Of a DNA stretch of 64,000 bases, positions 49,743 to 59,461 are shown in pieces; position 1 is the stretch's first letter, and each line of letters starts with the position of its first letter. The notes below the pieces were generated by a model. It was not told where the DNA came from and searched no databases. It worked only from the letters and a program-made list of their open reading frames with translations. The stretch comes from Coleofasciculus chthonoplastes F2-STO-03 (GTDB lineage Bacteria; Cyanobacteriota; Cyanobacteriia; Cyanobacteriales; Coleofasciculaceae): contig JAVJWO010000130.1 of the NCBI GenBank assembly GCA_040222015.1, positions 32,001-96,000 on the forward strand, in the 5' to 3' direction. The translations under genes and the position numbers were made by a program.

Positions 49743-51176
49743 GTGTTTACACTTAAAGACGCATTCTTCGCCTTCGTTTTTATTGCCTTATTAACTCTCG
49801 TAGGGCGATTCATTAAACAAAAAGTTTCCTGGCTGCAAAAGTTATATTTGCCCGAATCAATTGTCGCGGGTGTTTTAGCACTCTTGCTCGGACCAGAGGT
49901 TTTAGGGGCTATAGTCACCAACCTATTTGGCTCCAATGCCTTCCTCTCAGAGGGGTTATTTTCCGAACCGATCCGCCTGGTTTGGTCACAATCGTCTGGC
50001 GTTTTTATTAACGTGGTCTTCGCCGCTCTATTTTTAGGAGAATCGATTCCCAGTCTCAGAGATATTTGGCAAAAAGCCGCCCCCCAAGTTGTGTTTGGTC
50101 AAACCTTGGCTTGGGGTCAGTATGTGATCGGAATCTCAGTGACAATGCTCATTCTGACCCCTTTATTTGGCATCAGTCCAATTGCTGGAGCCTTGATTGA
50201 AATTGCTTTTGAAGGTGGACATGGAACCGCCGGGGGTATGGCTGAAACCTTCGTCGAATTGGGATTTGAAGAGGGAGCAGATTTAGCTCTAGGGTTAGCA
50301 ACCATTGGAATTGTGTCTGCTATTATCATTGGCACGATCCTAGCCAACTGGGGCAGAAAAAAGGGATACATTTCAACCGTTAGTCATCAAGCAGAACAAC
50401 CCGATGACCTGCCCGAACTCCATTCCCAAGAAACCCCTCAGGTGAGACGCCGCAGAGCAAGGCTAATGCGCGACCTTTTAATTGATCCCCTATCTCTAAA
50501 TCTGGGTTTTGTGGGAATTGCGATTATTTTGGGATGGCTGATTCTACAAATCCTGACTCAAATTGAGGCGCTGACCTGGGGAAAAACTGGGTTTCAATTG
50601 ATGATTTATGTACCGTTATTTCCCATGGCATTAGTGGGTGGTATCCTTTTGCAATTGTTCATGGAACGTAGAGGAATCAGTGCGCTAATTATTGAACCGT
50701 TGATGAAAAATATTGCGGGTGTGGCATTGGATGTGGTTATAGTTGCAGCCTTAGCCTCTATATCCTTATCCGTTTTGGGGAATAATTTGGCTCCATTCTT
50801 AATTCTCAGTGTAGTCGGTATCACCTGGAATGTTTTAGCATTCCTCTATTTAGCCCCCCGTTTGATTCCTACTTATTGGTTTGAACGCGGGATTGGGGAT
50901 ATGGGTCAGTCGATGGGGGTGACAGCAACTGGCATTTTACTACTACGCATGGTTGATCCAGACAACCGTTCTGGTGCTTTTGAAAGCTTTGCCTATAAAC
51001 AACTATTTTTCGAGCCAATTGTGGGAGGAGGTTTGTTTACCGCAGCCGCTCCCGCTTTATTAGCAAAATTGGGTTCCCTGAAGGTACTTTTAATCACGGG
51101 GGGGTTGTTAGTCTTTTGGCTATTCATGGGATTTTTCGTCCTCAAATCGACAGGGCAAATCAGAAGGAAGCAATGA
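49743..51176 (+). CDS. gltS: Sodium/glutamate symporter family
   Basis: LYLPESIVAG, FEGGHGTAGG, GQSMGVTATG; many TM helices. Confidence 0.85.
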   Translation: MFTLKDAFFAFVFIALLTLVGRFIKQKVSWLQKLYLPESIVAGVLALLLGPEVLGAIVTNLFGSNAFLSEGLFSEPIRLVWSQSSGVFINVVFAALFLGESIPSLRDIWQKAAPQVVFGQTLAWGQYVIGISVTMLILTPLFGISPIAGALIEIAFEGGHGTAGGMAETFVELGFEEGADLALGLATIGIVSAIIIGTILANWGRKKGYISTVSHQAEQPDDLPELHSQETPQVRRRRARLMRDLLIDPLSLNLGFVGIAIILGWLILQILTQIEALTWGKTGFQLMIYVPLFPMALVGGILLQLFMERRGISALIIEPLMKNIAGVALDVVIVAALASISLSVLGNNLAPFLILSVVGITWNVLAFLYLAPRLIPTYWFERGIGDMGQSMGVTATGILLLRMVDPDNRSGAFESFAYKQLFFEPIVGGGLFTAAAPALLAKLGSLKVLLITGGLLVFWLFMGFFVLKSTGQIRRKQ

Positions 51177-51179
51177 TCT

Positions 51180-53396
51180 ATGATTTCCAGGCTTAAAATC
51201 AATCAACTCAGTATCAAAGCCAAGCTGCAAATTTTGCTGCTAATCATTAGTTTAAGTTCGATTCTCGTCGTTAGTTATTTGGCTTGGCAGCGCTCCCAAA
51301 CCAATCTACGCAATACGATCTTTAATCAACTCACCAGTGTCCGATCATCTAAAACCTATCAAATTGAGTCGTATTTCGAGCTTTTGGAAAATCATATTAC
51401 CACCCTGGCTGAAGATCGCATGATTGTAGAAGCGATGCAAGAATTTCAGCAAGCTCATCAGTCCCTTAACCCAAATTCTAATAGAGAGAATGTAGAGAAC
51501 TCAGACAACTTGGACAACCAGTCTGTCGAAGCACAAAAAAAGACTTGGCTAGCCAGCCTAGAAACCTACTATATTGAAGAGTATTTCCCCCGCCTCAAGA
51601 AAGGAGTGCAAGGAGAGCCAAGTTTTACCGTCTATAAACCCAAGACTGTTGCCGGACTCTATCTGCAGTATCACTACATCGCCAACAACCCAAATCCTGT
51701 GGGCGAAAAAGACAAGTTACTGAATGCTGGAGAGGGTAGCCAATACAGCCAAATTCATAGTAAATATCAATCCATTTTTCGCCATTTGATTCAGGAGTTC
51801 GGTTACTATGATTTATTCCTGATTGATCCTAAAACCCTAGAAATTATCTATTCAGTTTATAAGGAAGCTGACTATGCCACCAGTTTACAAGATGGACCTT
51901 ATCGTAAAAGTAATTTAGCGGCGGTTGTGGAAGCGGTGCAAGACAGTCCAGATCGGGGAGCAGTTCAGATTGTTGATTTCAAACGCTACTATCCCTCCTA
52001 TGGCGCACCTGCCTCATTTTTTGCGGCTCCGATTTATGAGGGATCTCAACTGATCGGAATTCTCGCCATTCAATTGCCAATTGATGAAATTAATAATGTT
52101 TTAACCCAAAAACAAAACTGGAAAAATGAGGGATTAGGGGAGTCTGGGGAAACTTATTTGGTGGGTGAGGATAAACTCATGCGCTCGATATCCCGTTTTC
52201 TGTTAGAAGATAAATCAGGTTACATGAGTGCATTACGTGAGATTGGCACACCCGAAAGGACTCTAAAGTTGATTGATGCCTATGAGACCTCAATTTTGCT
52301 ACAAAAGGTTGATACAGAAGGAGTAAGGACAGCACTGCTAGGTAAATCAGGCACGCGAATTATTGATGATTATCGTAATGTTCCCGTTTTGAGTTCCTAT
52401 GCTCCGGTCAAAATTCCAGGCTTAAAGTGGGTGATTCTTTCGGAAATTGATTTGGCTGAAGCGTATCGTCCGGTTTACCAAATTCAACGCCATCTTTTCA
52501 TTACCACAATTATTTTGATTGTGATCATTACCTTGATTGCCGGTTTTCTGACGGAGCGCTTCGTGTCACCCCTGCGAGTCTTGATTTCGGCGACTCGACA
52601 AATCAGTCAAGGTGAACTGGATATCGAAATTAACCTCAAGTCTCGGGATGAATTCGGCGAACTTGCCCAGGCTTTCAACGAAATGGTTCACAGTATCCGT
52701 GACAACAATAAATTGCTGCACCAAAAGGATCAAGAAATTGAATCTTTATTGTTGAATATTTTACCCCATGCGATCGCGGAACGGGTGAAGAAGGGAGAAG
52801 AGCAACTGGTCGATCATATCCAGCAGGGAACCGTTCTATTTGCCAGTATTGTGGGAATTACAGAACTGACCTATCGAGAGGGTGTTCAGGAAATGGCGGT
52901 CAAGCTCAGCGAGTTATTTGATTCCTTCGATCTAGAGGGTCAAAATTATGGCGTTGAGCGATTCAAGGCGATTGGCGAACGCTATATTGCCATGTGTGGT
53001 GTTACCATACCTCGTTTAGACCACACCAAGCGGATGATGGATTTTGCCCTCTCCATCCAGGAAACCCTTAAAGGGTTTAACAATCGATATGACAGTAACC
53101 TCAGCTTTCGCATTGGTATCGATACGGGTACAGTTATGGCAGGTTTGATCGGCACGAACAAGTTAATGTATTACCTGTGGGGAGAAACTGTAGATATTGC
53201 CAGCAAATTAAATACTCTTGCAGAAAACAATACCATCGTTGTCAGCCACAACGTATACGAGCCATTGCATGATTTGTATTCATTTACTCGAGGTAAAACA
53301 ATCACTTTTGAAAATCAAACAACATTAAACCTCTGGATAGTTGGAAAAGAACAGTCGTTATCTGTTCTAACGAGTGACAATGAATCAATTGATTGA
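51180..53396 (+). CDS. Cache-HAMP-class III nucleotide cyclase-like protein with degenerate active site
   Basis: Two TM helices around a Cache-like sensor (YYDLFLID, GLGESGETYLVG), HAMP (SRDEFGELA), cyclase-homology domain with substituted catalytic residues. Confidence 0.88.
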   Translation: MISRLKINQLSIKAKLQILLLIISLSSILVVSYLAWQRSQTNLRNTIFNQLTSVRSSKTYQIESYFELLENHITTLAEDRMIVEAMQEFQQAHQSLNPNSNRENVENSDNLDNQSVEAQKKTWLASLETYYIEEYFPRLKKGVQGEPSFTVYKPKTVAGLYLQYHYIANNPNPVGEKDKLLNAGEGSQYSQIHSKYQSIFRHLIQEFGYYDLFLIDPKTLEIIYSVYKEADYATSLQDGPYRKSNLAAVVEAVQDSPDRGAVQIVDFKRYYPSYGAPASFFAAPIYEGSQLIGILAIQLPIDEINNVLTQKQNWKNEGLGESGETYLVGEDKLMRSISRFLLEDKSGYMSALREIGTPERTLKLIDAYETSILLQKVDTEGVRTALLGKSGTRIIDDYRNVPVLSSYAPVKIPGLKWVILSEIDLAEAYRPVYQIQRHLFITTIILIVIITLIAGFLTERFVSPLRVLISATRQISQGELDIEINLKSRDEFGELAQAFNEMVHSIRDNNKLLHQKDQEIESLLLNILPHAIAERVKKGEEQLVDHIQQGTVLFASIVGITELTYREGVQEMAVKLSELFDSFDLEGQNYGVERFKAIGERYIAMCGVTIPRLDHTKRMMDFALSIQETLKGFNNRYDSNLSFRIGIDTGTVMAGLIGTNKLMYYLWGETVDIASKLNTLAENNTIVVSHNVYEPLHDLYSFTRGKTITFENQTTLNLWIVGKEQSLSVLTSDNESID

Positions 53397-53410
53397 GGAG
53401 AGATAACGAC

Positions 53411-54874
53411 ATGAACCCATCACTGTTGTTTTGGGGATTGACTTTAATCGTTGGCTTACCGATTCTGACTGTTGCTCTAGAAGAGGCGATTAAGTACTTA
53501 GAACGCCAAGGAAATCCTTTAGCTAGTTTTTTACTTAAAATCCGCAGGTATTTTCTACCGCTTCTCATCGTCTTGCTGGTTCTACAGCAAGTGTTTGAGT
53601 TAGAAAATGACCAGCTCACGGTGCAAATCGTCAGAACCCTGACCACCGTGTCAATGCTCGCCGTGCTAATCTCTTTGATGAATGGCATATTAACAACGGG
53701 AGAGAAACAGAAAAGCTGGCAAATTCACGTTCCCAATTTGTTATTCCAGACGACTCGTGCTGCAATTATTGCTATCGTTGCTGTTTATACAATAGCCTTT
53801 ATCTGGGGGGTTGATTTAAGTCGTGTCGCTGCGACGTTGGGAGTCGGTTCTTTAGTGATTGCCTTAGCGCTACAGGATACTCTCAGTAATTTAGTTTCCG
53901 GGTTTTTGTTAATTATTGAAGGACCAATTAAGGTCAATGATTGGATAGTTATTAATGATATTAAAGGCAAGGTTATTGATATTAATTGGCGCTCGGTAAG
54001 AATTCGAGATTTAAAAAATGATGTCTTTATTATCCCCAATGGTTCCATTGCCAAAGATAAGTTTATCAACTCGACCCTAGAAAATCCCTACAGTGAACAT
54101 TCCCTATCGCTCATCTTTTCCTATCAAGACCCCCCCAACCGAGTAAAACCCATTCTCAAAAAAGCAGTTCTTGCGGCGGAAGGTGTTCAGTCAGTACTCG
54201 TTCGAGTGTTTGAATTTAAGGAGTACGGTATTGAATATGCAATCTACTACGTGATGCTTGATTCCACTAGCCTATCCAAAGGCAGAGATGCCGTGTTAAG
54301 CCGTATTTATTATGCGATTAAACGCCATCATCTGACCATTCCCTATCCCTGCCAAACCCTTTACCATGTCAATAGCTGTGATATAGAAAGAGAGGACTCT
54401 CAACAGGAGATTGCTGAGTTTTTGCACTCGCTGTCTTATTTTAAGAACTTAGATAGCTCCCTCATCGATGAACTATCAACCTATGCGATTATTTACTACT
54501 ACGGTATGGGTGAAAATATTGTTAAAATCGGAGAGATGGAAGAAGGACTCTATATTATTAGAGATGGTTTAGTTAAACTTACTGTTGAGGATTTTCAAGG
54601 GCAGGAAAAAGAAGTTTTGCGGTTAGGGGAAGGCGAATTTTTTGGTGAAATGTCCCTGCTGCCCAAAAGAACCAATAGCACTGTCAATGTTACTGTAATT
54701 GATGACGTCAAAACAATTTTCATCAATGAAAGATCGGCTGAAGAGTTAATGGAAGACAACCGTAAACTCGCCTTAGTCATGAACCAATTCATCGAAGAGC
54801 GGAATCGATTGATTAATCAAGCTAAACAAACTCCAGATCTCCCATCTTCTGAAGTCAATAGTATCACCGTCTGA
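53411..54874 (+). CDS. MscS-family channel with C-terminal cyclic-nucleotide-binding domain
   Basis: ALALQDTLSNLVSG, GKVIDINWRSVRI, IIPN; then LYIIRDG.V and GEFFGEMSLL. RBS GAGGAG at 53395. Confidence 0.9.
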   Translation: MNPSLLFWGLTLIVGLPILTVALEEAIKYLERQGNPLASFLLKIRRYFLPLLIVLLVLQQVFELENDQLTVQIVRTLTTVSMLAVLISLMNGILTTGEKQKSWQIHVPNLLFQTTRAAIIAIVAVYTIAFIWGVDLSRVAATLGVGSLVIALALQDTLSNLVSGFLLIIEGPIKVNDWIVINDIKGKVIDINWRSVRIRDLKNDVFIIPNGSIAKDKFINSTLENPYSEHSLSLIFSYQDPPNRVKPILKKAVLAAEGVQSVLVRVFEFKEYGIEYAIYYVMLDSTSLSKGRDAVLSRIYYAIKRHHLTIPYPCQTLYHVNSCDIEREDSQQEIAEFLHSLSYFKNLDSSLIDELSTYAIIYYYGMGENIVKIGEMEEGLYIIRDGLVKLTVEDFQGQEKEVLRLGEGEFFGEMSLLPKRTNSTVNVTVIDDVKTIFINERSAEELMEDNRKLALVMNQFIEERNRLINQAKQTPDLPSSEVNSITV

Positions 54875-54957
54875 TATAGCGCTAGTCCAGTAACCAAAGT
54901 TAGTGGTGACAATAAGTCATATCAGGTTTTAACCTGTGTCTATCTACTCCTCGACAT

Positions 54958-55075
54958 TTTCCCCCTCATCCCCTAACCCCAACTCCGGACCGTGGGGAGA
55001 AGGGGGATCGGATTCTCTTACTCCCCTCTTGCTCCCCTCTCCCAAGCTTGGGAGAGGGGCTGGGGGTGAGGGGTT
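54958..55075. repeat. CCCCTC/GAGGGG-type palindromic intergenic repeat
   Basis: CCCCTCATCCCCTAACCCC...CCCCTCTCCCAAGCTTGGGAGAGGGGCTGGGGGTGAGGG between convergent genes. Confidence 0.7.
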
Positions 55076-55141
55076 GAGCTTAAATTGACACGGATGACTA
55101 ACGTGCGCCCGATTTCTCGCAGAAAGTAAGAAATGTTCTTG

Positions 55142-56635
55142 TTAAACCTTCGCTTCTTCCAGCATCAACTTAGACCGTTTTAGCCTTTCCGGAACTGGAA
55201 TCGGATAATCTCCAGTAAAACACGCCGAACAGAACGTATCCGCATTATCTTGAGTCGCCAGCATCATCCCTTGCCAACTCACATAAGCCAGAGAATCCAC
55301 CCCAATTTGTTCAGCAATTTCCTCAACCGAATTAGTTGCAGCAATAAGCTGGTCTTGAGAATCAGTATCAATTCCATAGAAACAGGGATGAGTCACAGGG
55401 GGTGCAGAAACCCGCATGTGAACCTCAGCCGCCCCTGCATCCCGTAACGCTTTAACAATCTTCCGACTCGTGGTTCCCCGAACAATAGAATCGTCCACAA
55501 TAATCACTCGTTTACCCGTAAGCACATCTTTCAGAGGATTCAGTTTCATCCGAATCCCCGACTCTCGCATACTTTGCGTTGGTTGGATAAACGTGCGCCC
55601 CACATAGCGATTTTTAATCAACCCTTCCGCGTAGGGAATTCCCGACTCTTGGGAAAAGCCGATCGCGGCGGGAACACCGGAATCCGGCACTGCAATCACA
55701 ATATCGGCGTCAGTCGCCGCTTCTTTTGCCAATTGACGCCCTAAGCGTAGCCGATAGCTATAGATGCTTTCATCCTGCATCACGCTATCCGGGCGGGCAA
55801 AATAAATCATTTCAAAAATACACAGCTTCCGTTGGGGTTTTTGACTCCAGTGGAATGATGCCATTCCCTCGTCGGTAATCCAAACCAATTCTCCGGGTTC
55901 GACATCCCGCAGGTATTCTGCGCCAATAATATCTAACCCACAGGTTTCTGAAGCGAGGACATAACGCATCGGATTCGTACCTAACGTACCAATCACCAAC
56001 GGACGAACTCCATGGGGATCACGCACTCCCATCATCCCCTCAGGCGTACCAATTACTAAACTATAGGCACCTTCACAGAGGTTAAACGCACTAATCGCCG
56101 CCTCTAACCAATCCTTCCCTTGATCCACTTCCGCACCGATCGCGATCGCAATCATCTCAGAATCCGTCGTGGTCAAAAATTCATCATAGTTGCGGTTCTC
56201 TAAATGGGTTCGCAACTCCGAAGCATTGACTAAATTTCCATTATGTGCTAAAGCCAAAGACCCTAAGCGGGTATTCACAACAGCAGGTTGAGCATTGACA
56301 ACCCGACTCGACCCCGTTGTCGAGTAACGGGTATGACCCACCGCGATTGTTCCGGGCATTTGGTTCAAAAGGTCTTCGTTAAAGACTTGGGAGACAAGTC
56401 CCATATTCTTATAGAGACGCACCTGTTCTCCCTCAAAAGTGGCAATCCCCGCTGATTCTTGACCCCGATGTTGCAGGGCAAATAAACCAAAGTATGTTAG
56501 CTTGGCGACATCTTCTTCCGGCGCATAGATACCAAAAACCCCGCAAGCTTCTTCAGGTTTGTCGGGGCGTTGGCTGATAATCTGATCAGATTCAGCAGGA
56601 TTGGGGGTAGAGGAGTGGGGTGGCTGGAGAATCAT
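55142..56635 (-). CDS. purF: Amidophosphoribosyltransferase
   Basis: EACGVFG, LQHRGQESAG, GHTRYSTTG, IVDDSIVRGTT, PCFYGIDT, CSACFTG. Confidence 0.98.
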   Translation of the reverse strand: MILQPPHSSTPNPAESDQIISQRPDKPEEACGVFGIYAPEEDVAKLTYFGLFALQHRGQESAGIATFEGEQVRLYKNMGLVSQVFNEDLLNQMPGTIAVGHTRYSTTGSSRVVNAQPAVVNTRLGSLALAHNGNLVNASELRTHLENRNYDEFLTTTDSEMIAIAIGAEVDQGKDWLEAAISAFNLCEGAYSLVIGTPEGMMGVRDPHGVRPLVIGTLGTNPMRYVLASETCGLDIIGAEYLRDVEPGELVWITDEGMASFHWSQKPQRKLCIFEMIYFARPDSVMQDESIYSYRLRLGRQLAKEAATDADIVIAVPDSGVPAAIGFSQESGIPYAEGLIKNRYVGRTFIQPTQSMRESGIRMKLNPLKDVLTGKRVIIVDDSIVRGTTSRKIVKALRDAGAAEVHMRVSAPPVTHPCFYGIDTDSQDQLIAATNSVEEIAEQIGVDSLAYVSWQGMMLATQDNADTFCSACFTGDYPIPVPERLKRSKLMLEEAKV

Positions 56636-57309
56636 GGGTATTAGCTTACTCCTGATAGTGGCAGTCAGTTCGACTTGTATTAACGCAAATCAAGCGGGAA
56701 TCGTTAAGTTTAATTAACGATTCCTTAACAATATCATTAATTTGGGAATCATGGATCATCCCTCATGGATCATTCATCAGCCGCGACTGCCTCAACACGA
56801 CTATAAGCGACGTTATCGGGCTGAAGATTGGACTTTAGCTTGTTCCCAGAAAGAGCAGATATCGGGGAATCAGAAAGACTACTGGATCTAGATGTCCATG
56901 TTGATCTGCCCGTACAATCTGTGTAGAGACTTTCCCTGGCGCGTCTCTACATAATGTCGTTTCTCCTAAACCTGTCAAGTTCTGATAAGTTAAATGATTC
57001 TTTCTCCCAGAATGGTTTAAATTTTTCAATCAGGCACCGCTCTCAACAAAACTTCATGATTGCTCGTTTTTTACCTTTTTTTGAGAAAAAACTACGAATT
57101 TTCAAGGCTTACGGCGATTGTGAGGAGATTGTGCGATGTTCAGGTATACTATCTATGGTGGGTATTTTTTGGGTAAAAATAAGATCGACACAGCTAAACC
57201 CCTTGAATTTTCGTAAAACTTTGTATAACTCCTGGTTTTCGTCTCACTCCCCATGTCCCATTGAACCCATGTATTTTGTTAAACTTACAATAAAAATTAT
57301 TACCAAGCA

Positions 57310-57338
57310 TTGACAAAAGCACATATTACACATATATA
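57310..57338 (+). promoter_or_regulatory. Sigma70-type promoter candidate for the island
   Basis: TTGACA-17 nt-TATATA. Confidence 0.45.
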
Positions 57339-57589
57339 AAGAAGGAATGGCACATGCTTAGATTCCTGATCACAGCTAAATATCCTAACGTATGTGCGTA
57401 TTGCTATAATTTGTGTTTCATTTTTAGTCTTCAATAGTCCAATTTTTCCGATTTCCCCCCGTTTTTAGCGATGTAGTGTTTTGTGCTTAAACTTGAAGTG
57501 CGGAATGTGGGCAAATAGCTGTAACCAAGATTGCCTGATCAAATTAAATGCATTACAATAAACTAAAACTATTAAATATAGATAGTGTT

Positions 57590-58078
57590 ATGAAAATTGC
57601 CCTGGGTTCTGATAATTATGGATTTGACCTCAAACAAGAGGTGAAAAACCACCTACTTGACAAAGGGTTCGAAATCGAGGATGTAGGTGTCAGCGATCGC
57701 AATGCAGAAACACCTTATTATCAGACGGCTTCTTTGGTAGCCAAGCAGGTAGCGAATCACCAAGTAAATCGGGGTATTTTGTTCTGTGCTAGTGGTATGG
57801 GAATGGCGATTGTCGCCAACAAGCATCCGGGTATATATGCGGCGGTCTGTGAGAATGCTGAAGCTGCCCGTATGTCCCGCTCCATCAACAACTCTAACAT
57901 TCTGACTTTAGGAGGGTTAGTAACCACACCCCAGGTAGCTCAGGAAATTGTGGATACTTGGTTAAGCACTGAGTTTACACAGGGGTGGGAATTGTCTGTT
58001 CAAGAGTGGCTGCATAATTCGATGAAGGACATTGCCCAACTAGAGACACAAAAGTTCGCTCACCTAGACCGCGATTGA
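57590..58078 (+). CDS. RpiB/LacAB family sugar-phosphate isomerase, atypical
   Basis: MKIALGSDNYGFDLK, GILFCASGMGMAIVANK, SRSINNSNILTLG; lacks the C-terminal GGRH..R motif. Confidence 0.85.
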   Translation: MKIALGSDNYGFDLKQEVKNHLLDKGFEIEDVGVSDRNAETPYYQTASLVAKQVANHQVNRGILFCASGMGMAIVANKHPGIYAAVCENAEAARMSRSINNSNILTLGGLVTTPQVAQEIVDTWLSTEFTQGWELSVQEWLHNSMKDIAQLETQKFAHLDRD

Positions 58079-58207
58079 GGAACTGCTACCTGCTCAAACC
58101 CAGAAATACAAACGATTCTATGGAAGATACATCAACCTCTAGCTGTATCAATCCTAAATGAGTGGAGACAGTTTGCAAATAAGTGAAGTCCATATACATA
58201 TCCCGAC

Positions 58208-59461
58208 ATGATAGATGGTAATTTGGCAAAAGAAGTACTTGTTCCCGAATATCTCCTAGCAAGTAAAGCGATTTATGACACCATAAATATCCCTTTTGGC
58301 ACTAGGCAATGGCAGTTGCTTTTATTAGCTGATGGCTATGCCTTACTTTCCGGTTCGCATGATTATTCTCAAGATACTGTAGAACGGTTTCTCCATATCT
58401 TAATTTGGAATAAAAAACCGATTATTATAGACGAAGCGAACGCCGCTACAACCGAGATTATCCGGGAATTTTATCGACGATATAGACGGATGGAAATTAT
58501 CGAGGTCAAGGATCTAAACGCTTCGGTATTCGATCCCTACATGTCCATTGAAAATTCATCGTCAGATCGTCATGTTTTCGCCATACTACCGCATAAATAC
58601 ATTCGTCGCCGCGTGCTTCATCAACACGATCAAGAGTATGGGCTTTTTGTCGGACAGAATACCCTAGCTCAACAATCTATACATATTATTGGGATTGCTC
58701 CGATTAGAGCTATGCTCACTCAAGAGGCGATCGCACTGATGGCTCAAGCTCCCCTAATTCTCACCTTTGATTTTGTGTATGAACTCATCAAAGATGTCGG
58801 ACTGCAAGGAGAACTCCATATACTAGAGTATGATTGGGAAAGGTATCAAGTCAATATCGATCGCATCAACCAAAAGTTAAGCCAGCTTCATATTCAGGGG
58901 TATTATGATATTACCCTAATTGTTGAGGGGAATCCTGAAGTTTACGATCTCTTATCCTACTTGGGATTAGCCTATCGTAGTTATCGCTTCGAGGTCATTT
59001 CTCCTGCGGTCGTGTTGTGTTGTGCATGGATTACCCAGCATTATGGAATTGATATCACTAAGCCGAGCTATGTCATCATTTCCGGTTATCACGCCCGTCA
59101 CGGAATTACTACTCAACATTTAGCATTAGAACTGGAAGCTTATCTGCGTTTAGATATCACTTGTTTGATTATTGAGTTATACAGTGGCGATCTCCCCTTA
59201 ATTTTTAAGCAGGTGTTTGTTGCAAAACGTCCAAAAACCATTATTATGATGATGAATATGTTTACGGATGAACAACAAATATTTATGCTTTCTGGCAAAG
59301 ATATTCAACGTGTTGCTTGGGCTGAACGGATTAAGGGGAAGTTTACCAGCATTGCGATTGTTGATCAAGAACGTTTACAACAAAACCCATCCATCTATGC
59401 ACAGTTATTAAATGATTTTGCTCCCGATCAGGAAAGTAGTAATTTGGAGGTTAAGGTATGA
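58208..59461 (+). CDS. Hypothetical protein with degenerate tetrapyrrole-methylase-like C-terminal domain
   Basis: IHIIGIAP...LTQEAIALMAQAPLIL, LIVEGNPEVYD and YVIISGYH resemble GxGPG..LT..A, GDP..Y and F.TGH motifs; N-terminus not recognised. Confidence 0.5.
   Translation: MIDGNLAKEVLVPEYLLASKAIYDTINIPFGTRQWQLLLLADGYALLSGSHDYSQDTVERFLHILIWNKKPIIIDEANAATTEIIREFYRRYRRMEIIEVKDLNASVFDPYMSIENSSSDRHVFAILPHKYIRRRVLHQHDQEYGLFVGQNTLAQQSIHIIGIAPIRAMLTQEAIALMAQAPLILTFDFVYELIKDVGLQGELHILEYDWERYQVNIDRINQKLSQLHIQGYYDITLIVEGNPEVYDLLSYLGLAYRSYRFEVISPAVVLCCAWITQHYGIDITKPSYVIISGYHARHGITTQHLALELEAYLRLDITCLIIELYSGDLPLIFKQVFVAKRPKTIIMMMNMFTDEQQIFMLSGKDIQRVAWAERIKGKFTSIAIVDQERLQQNPSIYAQLLNDFAPDQESSNLEVKV

Noticed and set aside
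56954..57540. 119-aa ORF or CRISPR-leader-like AT-rich region
   Set aside because: No recognisable motifs and no repeats follow; better explained as the divergent promoter region of purF and the island.
58120..58161. Tiny ORF MEDTSTSSCINPK as a precursor peptide for the methylase-like gene
   Set aside because: Only 13 codons with no clear RBS; cannot be distinguished from chance.
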